Below the pieces are notes generated by a model, which was not told where the DNA came from, did no database searches, and was given only the letters and a program-made list of their open reading frames with translations. Of a DNA stretch of 64,000 nt, positions 28,116-44,796 are shown in pieces. Origin of the DNA: the human T2T-CHM13v2.0 reference genome, Homo sapiens. Every line of letters starts with the position of its first letter. Within the stretch, counting starts at the first letter, position 1. The position numbers were made by a program, and so were the translations under genes. The stretch is taken from NCBI RefSeq assembly GCF_009914755.1, contig NC_060931.1, one strand, 5' to 3'.

Positions 28116-29189
28116 GAGTTGAGTAGTTCCAATCAACAGTCATGGAAATAAAACTTAAATAAGTTTTAAAAAGAGATATAAAGAGAATTACATAGTAAAT
28201 AGAGACATCCCTTCCATGGAGTATTATAGTAAAGGGGGATAAACATAGTGGTTACTGCAGGAAGAAAAGTGAGATCAGGAAAAGTTATTCTTAATGATGA
28301 TTAATATTATAGCATGTCTGTATGCTGATGGGAATGATTCAAGAGAGTGGAAAATTAATGGTATGCGACCTCATACACAAGCGGAGGGTTGGTCTTAAGT
28401 AGAAGCAAGGAAGAAGGTAAAGAATATGAGCTCAGATGTAACAGAGTTGATACATCTAGTGATGGGAACTTGTGGAAATGCTCTTCTATTTAACAATCAT
28501 TTTAAATTTCACAAAGTCATCAGCAGAGCCTTCAGCTGACAGTCAGGTGCAAAGAAAGTATTGGAGGTTTGAGGAAACAAGAAAATACAAAGTCATCCTT
28601 TAGGACAGGTGTCAGCAAGCTTTTTCTGCAGAAGACTAGCTAACAAACATTTTGGGCTTTCTAAGCCATACAGTCTCTGTCTCAACTACACACTCTGTAG
28701 TTGTAGTATTAAAGCATCTATAGATAATATGTAAATGAATGGGTGTGGCTAAGTTTCAGTAAAACATTGTTTATGAAAACAGGCAGCAACAATTGAATAG
28801 CACAAGCAAAGAATGAACTTGGGCCCCTACTCCACACTGTACCTAAAAATTAATTCAAAATCAACTTTAGACCTAAAAATGGGAAAGATGAGGGGATTGA
28901 GAGATAACAGCTCAAGGGCATGGGATTTCTCTTTTTTTTTTTTTTTGGTGATGAAAATGTTCTAAAATTGGTTTTGGTAAAGTTTACACAAGTCTGTGAA
29001 TATACTAGAAGCCATTGAATTGTACACTTTAAATAGGTAAATTCTATGGTATATGAGTTATGTCTCAATTCAACTACCTAAAAAATTAAAACAAGCAAAA
29101 CTGGTGATGAGTCAGATTTAACTCTCTGGTAGGAGCTAGCACTTGGGCTCTCCAGCCTGAGTGTGCATCAGAATCACCAGGAGGGCTTG

Positions 29190-29574
29190 TGATATGGTTT
29201 GGTTCTGTGTCCCCATCCAAATCTCACGTTGAATTGTAATTCTCAATGTTCAAGGGAGGTGAGTGGATCATGGGGGTGGTTTCTAATGGTTTAGCACCAT
29301 CCCCCTAGTGCCCTCTCATGATTGAATTCGCATGAGATCTGGTTGTTTAAAAGTGTGTAGCACCTGCATCTTCGCTCTTTCTTCCTCCTGCTCCCACCAT
29401 GTAAGATATGCTGGCTTCCCCTTCACCTTCTGCCATGATTGTAAGTTTCCTGAGGCCTGCCAAGCCATGCCTCCTGTACAACCTGCAGAACTGTGAGTCA
29501 GTTAAACCTCTTTTCTTCATAAATTGTGCAGTCTCAGGTAGTTCTTTATAGCAATGTGAAAAGGGACTAATATA
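29190..29574 (+). mobile_element. THE1D/MSTA-like solo LTR inserted in a MER5A element
   Basis: tgatatggtttgg...gactaatata; perfect 5-bp TSD GCTTG; MER5A halves on both sides. Confidence 0.88.
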
Positions 29575-30829
29575 GCTTGTTACAGCAAAGATGTGTAGGC
29601 CTCACACCCAGAGTCCCTGATTTAATAGGTCTGGGCTGAGGCAAAAAGTTTGCATTTCTAACATTCTTCCCAAGTAAAGCCGATGCTACAAGTCATGGGG
29701 CAGGCCATAGCCATGAATCACTGATCTAGGAGTATAGGGGAATGAATGAATTAGCACAATATAACAAAATTCCTAGAAAGCTTTATGGGGCCCATTGGAG
29801 GTATTGGTAAAATAAAAAAAAATTAAGGTGAGACCAATCATAACAGTGTGATTTCCTTCAGCCACGTTCAGCTTCTCAGATGTTGGCACAGAGTAGATGA
29901 AGATAAATATTAAGCAGAACAAGGGTGTGTAGAGTACATGCAAAAGAAAGATATTAATGACTGACTATGCAATTTAAGCCAGACACAGAAGGAAATATGG
30001 ACCTGAGAGAGATAAGAGATGGAGACAACCGGTAGAATGAATGGCTTTTTTTCTGGTGGAGTGGGGCCAAAGGATTGTTGGAGCTGAAGTACTGGAGGAA
30101 AAAAAACTGAAAAAAGACTGTTGGGTTGGAAAGTGGGATCTTTATAAGGAAGATAATGGAGGAGCTGCTGTTATTGGCAATGACAAAATTCAGAGAGTGA
30201 GTAACTGAGATAGAGAGGAGAAAACGTCAAGGAAATGACAGGCCAGGTTGTGAAAAGGATTATCTGCATCGGTGCTGAAATAACCAATAATTGTAATAAG
30301 AATATTATTGCATGGAATTACAGTGAACCAGGAACTAGAATCTTTAATAGACTAAGGGCAATGACTTGGGTTGAGGTAGAGCCTACCCCCCAAAAGAAAC
30401 AGTAAATATTAAGATGTAATGATGTGTGATGAAAAGCTGTGTGTTTTTAGGGATAGAGTAATATGGGGTTGGAAGCTTCAGAGAACAGCAAGTAACATGC
30501 CACTACTCCACTCCCAGTGGTATAATGGATGTAGCTGAGAAAACATCCACTGCTTAAGAGGGTTGCAGGGGTAGGAGTGTTACCAGAAGCCAGGTTTAAT
30601 GAGAGCAAGAAGGTGAAGACACCATTCAGAAAAGATCTTGAAGAAAGGAGTATTTTACTGATAATTGATGAATTCCAGAGGACACAGGGAAAGGGTTTTA
30701 GGACGTAGGCAGAGGCAGGAGATGGAACAAAAAAGGTTATTTGCAAAACCATATGTGCGTTAGAGTACAGAAACAAAGACCTGAAATTCCTGGGCTTCAC
30801 CTTGTGACTGTCAAGAGCAGGGATATAGA

Positions 30830-31012
30830 CAGGATTTGTCAGCCTCGTCACTATTGATATTTTGGGCCTGAACAGTCTTCGTTGGGATTGTGGGCGGAGT
30901 TGGGGGGTGGATGTTCTGTGCACTGCAGAATGTTAAGCAGCATCCCTAGGTTCTACCTACTAGATCACAACTCAGGTGTGACAAACAGGAATGACTGTAG
31001 ACATTCCCAGGA
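30830..31012. mobile_element. MER20-like DNA transposon
   Basis: cactattgatattttggg...tgtgcactgcagaatgttaagcagcatccct motifs. Confidence 0.75.
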
Positions 31013-31804
31013 ACTCACTGTAAGAAAATAATTACGTGTGTAATAATATATTTATTTTCAATATATATGATCTGTACCTTGTGTGTGTATACATACACGT
31101 TTGTCTGCCAGAGTATGATATGCAATAGCCCCAAATTCAAAACATATAAATGACCCTCAATAGGATATTGGCTAAGTAAATTATGATACATTCATATAAT
31201 GTATCATCTGCTGCAATTTATAATCATGAAAAGAGGAAGGTGGGTTCAGGACAGCGGCCATTAGGGTCTGGTGTAGGCAAACATGCCAGGACAGAAGTCT
31301 GAGGTCCAATGTGAGAGAAGCAAGGAGAATGAGCTTCAATAGACAACAGAAAACAAAGCGTTTCAAAAAGGGAAAGAAGTCAAAGGTTTTGAAAAAAAAT
31401 CAAAACAAACAGACAAAAAAAAAAACCCCACCAAAATCTTAGCATTCCTCTGTTTAATTTTCAGTTCAGAAAATCTTTCACAGCTAAAAACAACATCTGC
31501 TGCTTCTGCTTCTCTTGCACACAGGCTGCCCTTGCCTCCTTAAGTCCCCAATGTCTTGGCTGCTTTGGCATCTCTGCCACTTGTAGAAGCCTGTCTGTAC
31601 TACCTGCTGAGCCCACACCAGCTCGCCTGACAGGAAGGCAACCCTGTACCTAGCAACTCATGAAGTTTAATGGCCTTGTAACAGGTTCATAGAGAACCCC
31701 ACCCTCCCATGCCCGCAAAATTCATGCCCACCCAGAGCCTTAGAATGTGACCTTATTTGGAAATAAGATTTTTGCCCATATAAGAATCAAGATGAGATTA
31801 TAGA

Positions 31805-32131
31805 GATGAGTATAGTGATTCATGCTTGTAATCCTAGCTCTTTAGGAGGCCAAGGCAGGAGGATTGCTTGGGGCCAGGAGCTCAACACCAGCCTGAGCAA
31901 CATAACAAGAACTTGTCTCTACCAAAAAATAAAAAATTAGCTGGATGAATCCCTGTAGTTCAAGCTACTCAGGAGGCTGAGGCAAGAGGATTACTTAAGT
32001 CCAGGAGTTCAAGGTTTGTGGTGAGCTATGATCTTTCCACTGCACTCCAGCCTCAGTAACATAGCAAGACCTTTTCTTTTTTGTTTTTGTTTTTGTTTTT
32101 TGTTTTTCTTTGTTGTTGTTGTTTGTTTTTT
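31805..32131 (+). mobile_element. AluJ with T-rich tail, inside an MLT1 LTR fragment
   Basis: Plus-strand Alu body; TSD tgagattata on both sides; MLT1 motif gaatgtgaccttatttggaaata upstream. Confidence 0.82.
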
Positions 32132-32613
32132 AAGTGAGATTATACTGGATTTGGGTGGGCTCTAAATCTATTGAACGTGTCTTATTAAAGACAGAAAGGG
32201 ACATAAAGCCTGAAATTTCTACAGACCCATTTAACAAAAGTATCTCACAATAAATATGTGAAAATAAAGTAGTGGGAATAAACTTGTTTTTGATTACCTG
32301 ATTCCTGATAAGTCTGTAACTCATGGTTCTTCATTAGATAGGCTGACAAAAAGCTTATCAAAAAGTTGGTAAACACTGTCTTGAAAACATATCTTGAAGC
32401 ATAATTGTCATTATTATGCAGGGTATACTGGGCCCAGAAACCTCCAAAGTGTAAGGAAAATCAAAAGATATCACTCTCGAATGAAACAGATGAACAGTAA
32501 CAAAATAGAGGGAAGAATGACCAACTTTACAAATTATTTTTAAATGAATCACTGAAGGTACTAAGAAATTTCCCAGGTCTCTATCGGGAGACCCTATTGT
32601 CTTCTCAAGAAGA

Positions 32614-32910
32614 TTTTTATTTTATTTTATTTTATTTTTTGAGACAGGGTCTCTCTCTGTCACCCAGATTGGAGTGCAGTAGTGTGATCATTGCCCACTG
32701 CAATCTCGATCTCCTGGGCTCAGCCTCTTGCTTCAGCCTCCCAGGTAGTTGAGACTCCAGGCACGTGCCAACACACCTGGCTAATTTTTTAATTTTTTGT
32801 AGAGTCGAGGTCTTGGTATGTTGCTCAGGCTGGTCTTGAACTCCTGGCCTCAAGTGATTCTCCTGCTCAGTCTCCCAAAATGCTGGGATTACAGGCATCA
32901 GCCACGGCAT
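32614..32910 (-). mobile_element. AluJ
   Basis: Reverse-complement diverged Alu. Confidence 0.88.
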
Positions 32911-33744
32911 CGAGACTGTGCCCATATTTTCTGAATTCCGCTTTCTGCCTTCTTAGCTGCATCTGCTCCACCACTTAAACTGCATCCCAATGCCAATGGT
33001 TGCCTTCATCTGGTCCCTCCCAATTTCTCCTCCTTTCCATAATGTATCAGTCAATGGAATAGCAGGAAATAAAAGGCAAACACAAAGGCTGTAACTGAGT
33101 GAGCTTAATAAAAATATTATCTAAAGAGTTATGGACAAGGTTAAGGAAACAAAAACATGTGATGTAACACTTAGGGACCAGCAATAAGCGGGAAATCATT
33201 GTCACCCCAAAACTATTTATGGAGATACCCAGTGTAGATTGGAGAGAGCTGTTTTTCCAAACTATTGAGCATGGTGACTTAGTGATTGGAAAAACTAGTT
33301 TTATACAGGAATTTTAATTTTTCATGGTGTTGATTTGTTGATGAAGTGGCATCATAGGAGATACATTCCACTTAGAAATCACAGGTCTTTGTCCATTAAG
33401 AAATGTGTCTTCTCACAGTAACCATAGGGGTTATTTATCTTACTATCAAACTGGTGACATCATTCAAGCTGGAATCAAGGATATTGATAGATGCCATGCA
33501 AAGCTTGCACTGTCTCTGGATACCTCGTCTCTTCCACCACACCTATCTGGTATTAAATTAGGTGTAATTAGCCCTGAAGAACTTCCTTTGTGCTACAGGA
33601 GGTGTGTTGAACTAAATAACAATTCTTTGGAGCCTATAAAAATATCATGCAGAGTTCAGTGGGATTTAATTGAGGAGTAATTTTTTTTCTAGAAAAAGTA
33701 GGAATAGACTAATATAATCCACCACCTTAAAAAAACATATTTAG

Positions 33745-34269
<525 letters not shown>

Positions 34270-34907
34270 CTATATGTACATGTGTACACATTGTTTAGCT
34301 CCTACTTAGAAGGAAGAACATGCGGTATTTGACTTTCTGTTTCTGAGTTATTTCACTTAGGGTAATGTACTCCAGTTCCATTCGTGTTGCTGCAACCATC
34401 CACCATCTTTAATAAAAGGCCTGCAGAGCAATAATTTCTCTTAAGACAATTTTGTTTCTGCATTAAGAAAGTAACAATATGCACCTTGGGCTTTAAAATG
34501 TGTGAAGATTACAGTTTAAGATTGGATGCCATGCGGATGCTGTGAATGAATACAATAAAGCTCTAGAAACAAACAAATAAAACGCTGGCAGTTCATGAAG
34601 GATTAAATACACCAAAGGGAAGTCTGAACAAAGCAACAGAAGATTTTGAGCTTACATTACAAAACTCTCCAACTCACAGACACTTGTAGAAAGAAGAGGA
34701 TAGTTAGAAGAAGAAAAGTTTTTAAATGCTGAAAGTCACTGGAAGAAAGCTTGGGCTTTGGATGAGACTTTGAAAGATGTAAAAAATGCTTCGCAGAAAC
34801 TTCATAAATAAGTACAGAGAAAAAACAGGCTGAAAAGGAAGAAAAGCAGAAAACAAAGAAAATAGAAACACGTGAAGAAAGTTATATAAGCTCTCAAAAG
34901 AGAACAA

Positions 34908-35399
<492 letters not shown>

Positions 35400-36702
35400 T
35401 TAGGGTATCCCCAAACCAGATAGACAGAGTAGGAAAGGTGAAACCCAGTTTCAACTAATACTTTAGCATCTTTTCTTAACCAAAAGCAAGAAGTGGAAAA
35501 ACTACTGGAAAAGCAGGGATAAGTTACAATATCAAAAAACATGAGTAAAAGAGAAAGATAGATACTCTCTCCATCTTCAGATGAAATACTGTATTATTTT
35601 GGAGACAGGTCTGAAGAGCCAAGAGATTTTTGTAATACTGATAAAACCGAGACAAGTAGTAGCAAAGCAGAAAAGCCATATAAATCAGAAAGACATTTTT
35701 CCAGCAGAAGAAATTCCTCAGATTCCTTCCGTAGGAATTCAAGAAACAAGATAAGAATTTATGATTGTAGATTTGAACAGGATATGGTTGTAGGAGATGT
35801 GGTCGTAGGAGGGAAGAAAAGAGCTCTAGAGAAGGTAAAAGCCAGGTTCTATGAGGTATTTCACTTCACCAGCAAGCTGAGACCACTCCTGGAAGTCAGT
35901 TGAGAGATACAAAAAACATTCTTATTCTAGATCATGTGATTTTGGTAGACATGAGCTAAAATACTGATTAAATACAAATCAAGGAAAATATGAAGGAGAA
36001 AATAATTATGGGGAGGATATCAAAACAGAGGTTCCAGAACAAGATGGACTTATAGCAAAGAACACTCAGAAAGCAGCGTTTAAAAAAATTAAAATTTACT
36101 CAGTATATTCAATCAGATAGGTGGATTTGGGAAAGAAAAAGAAAATAAGACAAAAAATTTATATGCCAAGGAAATCAGCACCTTTACGCTAAATGCTGTT
36201 AGTAAAAGTTTTGGGTGTTTTAGTTATACCAGTCCAGGGCAAAAATCTCTGTTTCTAAAGTTGTATGTAGAGATTACAGAAAGCAAATGTTTTGTAGGTT
36301 TTCTCAAATTGCATTTGATTCAGTTGTAAGTCTCTTGTCACAGCTGGATTTTTAGGCTTTTCATGTGTATGTTTATGTACAGTATATTTCTTACTCTGAC
36401 ATTTTTAATTTCTTCACCTAAAGATAATTCTCTAAAAGCATTGTTTCTTCATTGTATGATGGTGTACGAGAGTCCATTATACTGGGTCCAAGGTATCCTG
36501 CAGTTTGAGAGAAAATTAAATCTGTGCGTGAACACTTGCATCATTTTCATCAGTTTCATTCTCTTTTCTGTTAAATTTAAAACCCTAAGCCTTTGAAAGT
36601 GATTATATGTTTTAATGTTTTTAAATACCATTTTATATGTATTGTCAGTTCAAATATTAAATATTTTTGCACAGTTGTTTATTTTTTTTAAATAGACTGT
36701 AT

Positions 36703-37000
36703 GATCAAGTGCAGTGGCACACACTTATAATCACACACTTTGGAAGGCTGAGGGCAGAGAATCACTTGAAGCCAGGAGTTCAAGACCAGCTTGGGCAACA
36801 TAGCAAGACCCCATCACTGCAAAAATTGTTTCTAAACATTAGCTAAACATGGTGGCATGTGCCTGTAGTCCCAGCTTCTGAGGAGGCTGAGGGGGGAAGA
36901 TCACTGGATCCCAGCAGGTCAAGGTTACAGAGCGCCATGATTGCATCACTGCTGTCCAGCCTGGGTGGCAAAGTGAGACGTTGTCTCAAGAAAAAAAAAA
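36703..37000 (+). mobile_element. AluJ
   Basis: Diverged Alu with short A tail. Confidence 0.86.
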
Positions 37001-39414
37001 TACTATGTGAACATGAGTATGTAAGACTCTGTGTTGTAGAGGACTGGGACCTCACTATCTAAATGGAAACATTACTTGGCAAAAGCCAACATGCCTTATA
37101 ATTATTTTACTTTGATTATATTTTCATTTGGGGTTTTAATGAGTTTGAATAGTTTGCAGATGTTATTTTGTTAAAATGGAATTTATTAGATTTAGAATAT
37201 AAATTATTATAAATTATAGTTAATATAATTATAACTACAAATATTCTTCAATAATACTGTACATGTTAGCTAGTGTCATTTGGAGCAGACATAATTACCA
37301 GAGTGTGTGTGGACTTTAAAAATTTCCTAACATTGATGAATACTCAAGTCTTATCCTTATACTGGTAGCAGACCTTGGAACTGATCCTCTTCTTTTTGTT
37401 GAATTTTTGGGATCTGTCATGATGGCATGCAAAACCATGAACCAAAAGTATGGACTATTCATGTAAATAACACAAAGACTTATAAAAAAATACAATGTAG
37501 TATAAACACCAAATAATATTTATGGATGCTAATGTGTTTCATTTGAAGAATTTATAGAGCTCTGCCATTGGTGAATGAAAACTAAGCTTAAAACACTGAT
37601 TATATTAAGCATAAACATGGAGTGGAGGAGTGAGGGAATGAAGGGTTTGGGTAAAAAAGGGATACTGTGATTGGATGAGCTGTGTGAGCACCAAGATAGA
37701 ATTTTGTTGAGGCTCAACCTCTTGGCCTAAAAGCCAACACTCCCTTTTGAAAGGGTTTATCTAGATCATCACAAGATGACACTGATAACTTTATGATCTG
37801 CTTCTGGAAATTCAAACATGATGGAGAGTATATAGACATGTAGAAATACCTCAGTGTAACTAGGGATTTGAGTTATTTTACTTTAGTTCTTGGTATAGTA
37901 TTCCTAACAATATTTTGATAATTGTTTTATGTTTCTTTCATTCCATGGGGAAGACTGATTTTTGTGCTGAGGTCCTAAAAGCAGGAATGTAATATATATA
38001 ATAACACATATATAATTTATGTATAAATTATATATGTGTTTAAATATGTCAGTTATTTGTATAATTTGTGTGTATATGTGTATATAAGCACAAGAAATTC
38101 TAGAAATGAATACTTATATTTATTTTTAATATATACATTATATGAGTGTTTAAATATACAGTTATCTGTATAATTTGTGTGTATATGTATATAAGCACAA
38201 AAATTTTATAGGAAATCAACGAGTTCCTAAAAGTTTTTCATAGACCATCAGTGAAAAATACGCTGCAAATGATCAGAAAATATTTTAAAACCATTGTCCT
38301 AACTGTTTCTTAGGGGGAAGAGAGTATGAGCAACAGAGTGGTGAAATAAAAGGCTGGAAAGTATAGGTCAGAATCTAAAAATACTGTGCATATTTTAGAA
38401 AGTTCTAAGGAAGAAGTTTAAAATTATATGTGAGTACAGTGATGAAATGGCGAAAACACAAACAATAAGGTAATTACATAGTATAAAATAAGAAAACTTA
38501 CCATACTTAAATGTCTATATGCTAGGTTTTGAGTGATAAACCAGTAATATTTTATGTAGTCCATACAACAATCCATGAAGTAGATAAAAATAGTCTCCAC
38601 TGACATGAGGAAACTGAGGCTTAAAAAGGTTAAGTGATGGCATTCACACCCCTGCTTAAAACCTAAGCTGGGGTCAACTCTGGTGGACTCCAAAGCTTGT
38701 GCTCCTAACCACTACGCTATGATTCCTTTCACGGAAAAATAATTAGTGGAATAGAGCGTAGACTGGGTTTTCTTCTTCTTGTTTTTTGTTTGTGATTGTT
38801 GTTTTAGTAAGGCAAATGTTTTTCTACAAAATTTTTATCCTTCATAGAATCTGCCTACTACAAATGGTCCTGCAACACGAGAGACTTTATCCTACATAGG
38901 TGGTAGCACTTTTGATTATGCGTCCTTGTGTCTCTCACTTTCAGAATCAATGGAAAATACAGTCCCTCAGTGTAAAGATAGTCTGTTCGTTCCCAAGGCT
39001 TAGTTGTAGACATTATACTCTAAACTAAAAGAAAGTGGCAACCCTGGATCAGGGATGGAAAAAAGAGTGTGCCTAGAATACTCTAAAGGAATTATTTTAT
39101 AGATATACAAAAAGGTAGAGAAATTCTGAGCTAGCAACAAGGACCTTTGGAGAAGCATGCGGGGAAAGAGCAGAAGGTTTTGAAGATCACAAAAAATGCA
39201 CAAAGCAAAGTGAAATTAAAGTTCTAAGAGACAAAAAAAGCTAGGGAGGGGTACAGAGAAATCCCAGATGTGGTAATAGCTTTGGTCATACTTAGGGCAT
39301 ATCAAATATGAAATTTATGGAGAGGTGGAATGATTGGAAAGAAGACTGGGGACTGGCAAAGCAGTTGGAGGAGGTGGGTTGAAAAAAAAAAACTTTCCAA
39401 TAGGCTAAACGAAT

Positions 39415-39873
<459 letters not shown>

Positions 39874-42800
39874 TGAATTCTTTAATGTAGACAACAGAAT
39901 AGAAGTGCACCAAAGATTTTCTTAATTAATTATACTCATGGAATTTTTTTACACATGCATTGAAAGTATTATATAATGGGATTTCCCCAATCCCCCCAAA
40001 AAACTTTTCTTCTTCTAGTCATCTCCAGTTTATCATTGGTGCACCATACAGTTGTAGAAGACAAAAATCTAAGCCGTATCCTTGATTCATTCCACGTCCT
40101 GTAGGCTAAGCTGGATAATTTAGATTCAATTTCAAATGCAATGAGAAATCACTGAAGGTTTTTAAGCAGATAAATGATTGCTGGGATCGACATTTTTAAG
40201 AAGCTTATTCTGGCAACTTTTGGATAAATTTGATTGAGGAGCAAGAGTAAAATTCATAAGATCTTTCTGATTTCTCCTAAGTGAGCTGGCCCCTGCCTGG
40301 CACTGGTGTCACATCCCCTGTCACTCTTCTCTGTTTTGCATCCCTCTGGTCATGCCAGATTCTTTCCTGTTGACACTTGTCTGGAATGCTCCTGCCCAGG
40401 TTCTTGTATAGCTTACCGACACTTATCTTTCATGCCTCGACTTAAGTTTCATCTCCTCAAAGAGGCTTTCCCTGAGCATTCATCATTTCTTTTCCTTTAC
40501 TTGTTTCTTGTCTGTTTATTCTGTTGGAATATTAGCTCTATGAAGGTAGAGACTGCATCTACCTTGTTACTAGCACATAGCAGCACATAGCAGACATTCG
40601 GTAAATATTCATTAAATAAATAAATGAATCAATAGAAAAATGGATGGAGAGATGGGTAAATAGGATTAGGTTCATTTCCTAGATTCAACAAGATTCTGGA
40701 ATGTGGGAAATAGTACATTTAGGCTGAAGGTTCTTACCACTATTAGTAAACTTGTTTGGCTTATCTCTGCTGTAAATTCTTTCAGGTTTAGTAAGACTCA
40801 TATGAATGTTTCCATGTTACAGGAAGATTTTTTTTTTTCTAAAATAATGTTTCTCTTGTTTCTGGCAGAAGGCCACCTGGCTTCCAGACTGAGCACCCTA
40901 CACGTCAGAGGCACAGTGGTGTAAAATGGCATTTTCTATTTGTATTTCTCTTTTCTGACCATCCCTTCTCTTAGATAAGACAGTCACAATGACAAGGATC
41001 CTATTAGGAAATCTTGTATTGTCTAATAGCTAATCCCAAATGGGAGATAAAACTCTTTGCAACAATTCTTTTTTACTTACTATTATATTCTCTCTCACAC
41101 TTCATAACTCTTTTACACCTTTCCTCTCTCCTCAAACCTCCCATAAGTCTTCTCCTTTCCCTTTTCTGACCCTGTCATCTATCTAATGATTATCATTCAT
41201 ATTTCACTGAAAATAAAAGCACTGTCAATCGATAGTTAAACCCCCAAATCCAGGAGTCATCTTTGATTTCCCTTTTTCATTAATCTCCAACATCCAATCT
41301 CTCTGCAAGTCCTATTAAGTCTCAACTTCGAAACATACAGTATCAGTCTAGTTCTCTTCATCTGCACTATGCCCACCCTATCTGAAGCACCATCATTTCC
41401 CATCTGGATACTGCAACAGCCTCCTGGTTGACCTCTCTTTTTCTGTAAAATTGATTTTCCTCATAGTGGTCAGAACCATGTGTTAAGAATATAAATCAGA
41501 TCCTGTTGCTTTTCTGCCTGAAACCATGGGCTTCCTTTCCTACTTAGAGTAAAACTCATTATCCTTAGCTTCACCTACCAGAGCTGGTCCCTGACCACCC
41601 TCTGTGATCGCATCTCTCCTATTACAATATTCCAGATACACTGCCTTCTTTTTGTCCTGGAACATGCCAAGTTCCTCTCATGTTAGGGCCTTCACACTTG
41701 CCATTCCCTCCTCCAGAAAAGCTCTTCCCCTAGAAGATTTGAGCAAGATTGGCTTCTTTCTGTCATCGAGTTCTCAGCTTCAGTGTTACCTTCTCACTGA
41801 GGTCTTCAGTGAGGACCCACTCTTATCCTGTTATATTTTCTTTTTAGCACTTAACAGTATCTGAACTTATTTGCTTGTTTACTATCTGTGTTCCTCTGCT
41901 AGAATATAAGCTCCATCTGGTAGAAACTTTGTCTATCTTGATGTGCAGCCAGTACCTAGAGGAAGTACTCAATAAATATTTCTTGAAATAATGGATTAAC
42001 AATTTATACCCAGACCAACAATTTTTATAGGATGGAGTATTCCTATCACTTGAGTGGATTTCCAGAGAGTTGGAAGAAGTCACTCTCTCATAATCAGAAA
42101 GAAGAGTTTTTCTTAAATTCTCATTTCTCAAATGATTAAAAGATTGTCTGTCTGTCTTTGAATCAGGGTGTCTGAAGCAACAGAACATATGAGTCTACAA
42201 ATATGGCATTTTATTTTAAAAAATAGCTATGTATTTGCTCAATTCAAATTACCTCCCCAAATATGATGTCCATAACTTTCTACCTCTATGATCTGTCCAG
42301 TTTTACTGACATAAAGAATGAGGAGCAACTTGGCAGTGTGGCAGACCTGCTTTAAGGTTGTAATTGATTCCAAGCTGAATGCTCACGTCTTGGCATTTTA
42401 AACAATGTTCATATACACTTCCTTTATACAACTTGTTCAAGTATCTAATTTCTAAATCCCACACCACATGGAAAGCCAGTTTCATACAATATTTAAAGAA
42501 AAACATCTTTGCCAGATTCCAGGAGCCAGGGGAAGCAGATAACATAAGAAATAATCTCTTTGCTATAGAAGTAAGTTGTCAACATATTCCACTTCCCTAT
42601 TCCTTCACCCTCACTAAAACTGCCATCCTCAGCAGGAGTATTTGCTGTTCTTGACTTTTAAAAAATAAGAAACTATCACTAGATTAAAGATCAGAGACTG
42701 ATTGTGATAGTTCAGAAATAAAGGATAGAATAAGCAATGTCTGGGTACATTTTAGCTCTTGGCTGTCAGCTTCTCATGCAGCTGAATTTAAGGGTTTAAT

Positions 42801-42920
42801 AACTATGTTGAGGCATTGCAGAGGATTCCCACTACCCAGCCAGGGGTGCTTTTACTCTCATCCATTTATATCCACTTTACAGAGCCAAAGAGAAATTTGA
42901 GGAAGAGTAAACACAAAGCT

Positions 42921-43229
<309 letters not shown>

Positions 43230-43641
43230 TAAGCTTTATCTCCTACGTGTCTTTCTACTAGCATCTCACCAGCAACATCTGCTATGGTTCCCCGTAATTG
43301 TCCATTTTAGATGAAGGAGAGGGAAAAGGAAAGAGGGGGCTTATATTCAGAGGCTGCTGCTGCTACAAAGATATAAACTTAGCTTTATTTCAATGTATGT
43401 ATATTTTAAAGGACATTAGCATGACCTAAATATTATGTGTATTATTAAATTACACATAATATTAATAAATATTAATATCAATAAATGAGGAAAAGAGGTA
43501 AAACTGGAGAAATAGAATTTTCTTTCTTTTCCCACATGATTGTGGTTACAAAATTTGTTCAGGGTCTGTTCTTTCACTTAAACTTTATTGTTAGCACTTA
43601 CACAGGTTGACAGTTTGTGCTATAAATGCATTTTTATTGAT

Positions 43642-44462
43642 GGTGAGTTAGTTTTCTAGGGTTGCCATAACGAAATACCACAGACTGAGTGAAACAAAAG
43701 AAATTTGTTTTCTCACACTTCTGCAAGCTGGAAGCCTCAGATCAAGGTGGTGGCAAGTTTGGTTTTATCTGAGGCCTTTTTCCTTGGCTTGCAGATGGCT
43801 ATTGTCTTACTGTGTCTTCAGATGGCCTTTCTTCTGTGAATACAAATCCCTAATGTCTCTTTGGGCATCCAAATTTATTCTTCTTCTCCTTCTCCTTCTT
43901 CTTCTCCTTCTCCTCCTCCTTCTCCTCCTCCTTCTTCTACTTTCTTCTTTTGTTCCCTTTTTTCTTTTTTTTTTTTTTTTTGAGACAGAGTCTTGCTCTG
44001 TCACCCAGACCGGACCGTAGTGCAGTGGTGCGATCTCGGCTCACTGCAACCTCCACCTCCTGGGTTCAAGTGATTCTCATGCCTCAGCACCCCCAAGTAG
44101 CTGGAATTATAGGTGCATGCCTCCACCCCTGGCTAATTTTTGCTATTATTATTATTATTATTATAGAGATGGGGTTTCGCCATGTTGGCCAGGCTGGTCT
44201 TGAACTCCTGGCCTCAAGTGATCCGCCTTCCTTGTCCTCCTACAGTGCTGGCATTACAAATGTGAGCCACTGCACCCAGCTCCCCAAATTTCCTGTTCTT
44301 ACAAGGCCAACACTCAATTTGAATTAGGACTCACACTAATGGCCTCACTATCATCACCTCTTTAAAGGGCCTAACTCTAAATACAGTTATACTCTAAGAT
44401 CCTCAGGGTTAGAGATTCAACACAAGAATTTGTGGAGTAGGGGACACAATTCAGCCTGTAAT
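43642..44462 (-). mobile_element. MLT1 LTR interrupted by a reverse Alu (~43957-44283) and a (CTT/CTC)n tract
   Basis: ttagttttctagggttgccataac...gggacacaattcagcctgtaata MaLR termini. Confidence 0.8.
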
Positions 44463-44796
44463 AGATGGTAGGCTTATACTACAACATCAGGCTTGCACTG
44501 GGTACAAACCATATTCCTGCTTCTACCTCAATGCTTCTTTTCTTCCATTTCTTGGCACATATTCAAAGTTGACTGACATAATTCTTATTGTTGAAGCAAG
44601 TGATGAAGCTGCCTAGTGATAATAACTAATTTTCTGGAACTCTTTTGGAATGTATAGATACTGGTTAGGAATCACCTAGTAACAGGTATATTGACATGAA
44701 GCCAAAGTCTGTGTAGATAGTATAAAATTCTGGGGAAACACCAGCACATGCTGGAGTAATGGAGAAGAAAAAAAGGTACAAGGAAAGTATGATCCT

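Noticed and set aside
30447-30923. 158-aa minus-strand ORF
   Set aside because: Non-ATG start inside MER20, runs through degenerate repeat-like sequence, no recognisable motif.
43784-44020. Poly-Leu / poly-Arg ORFs
   Set aside because: Translations of a (CTT/CTC)n tract next to an Alu tail.
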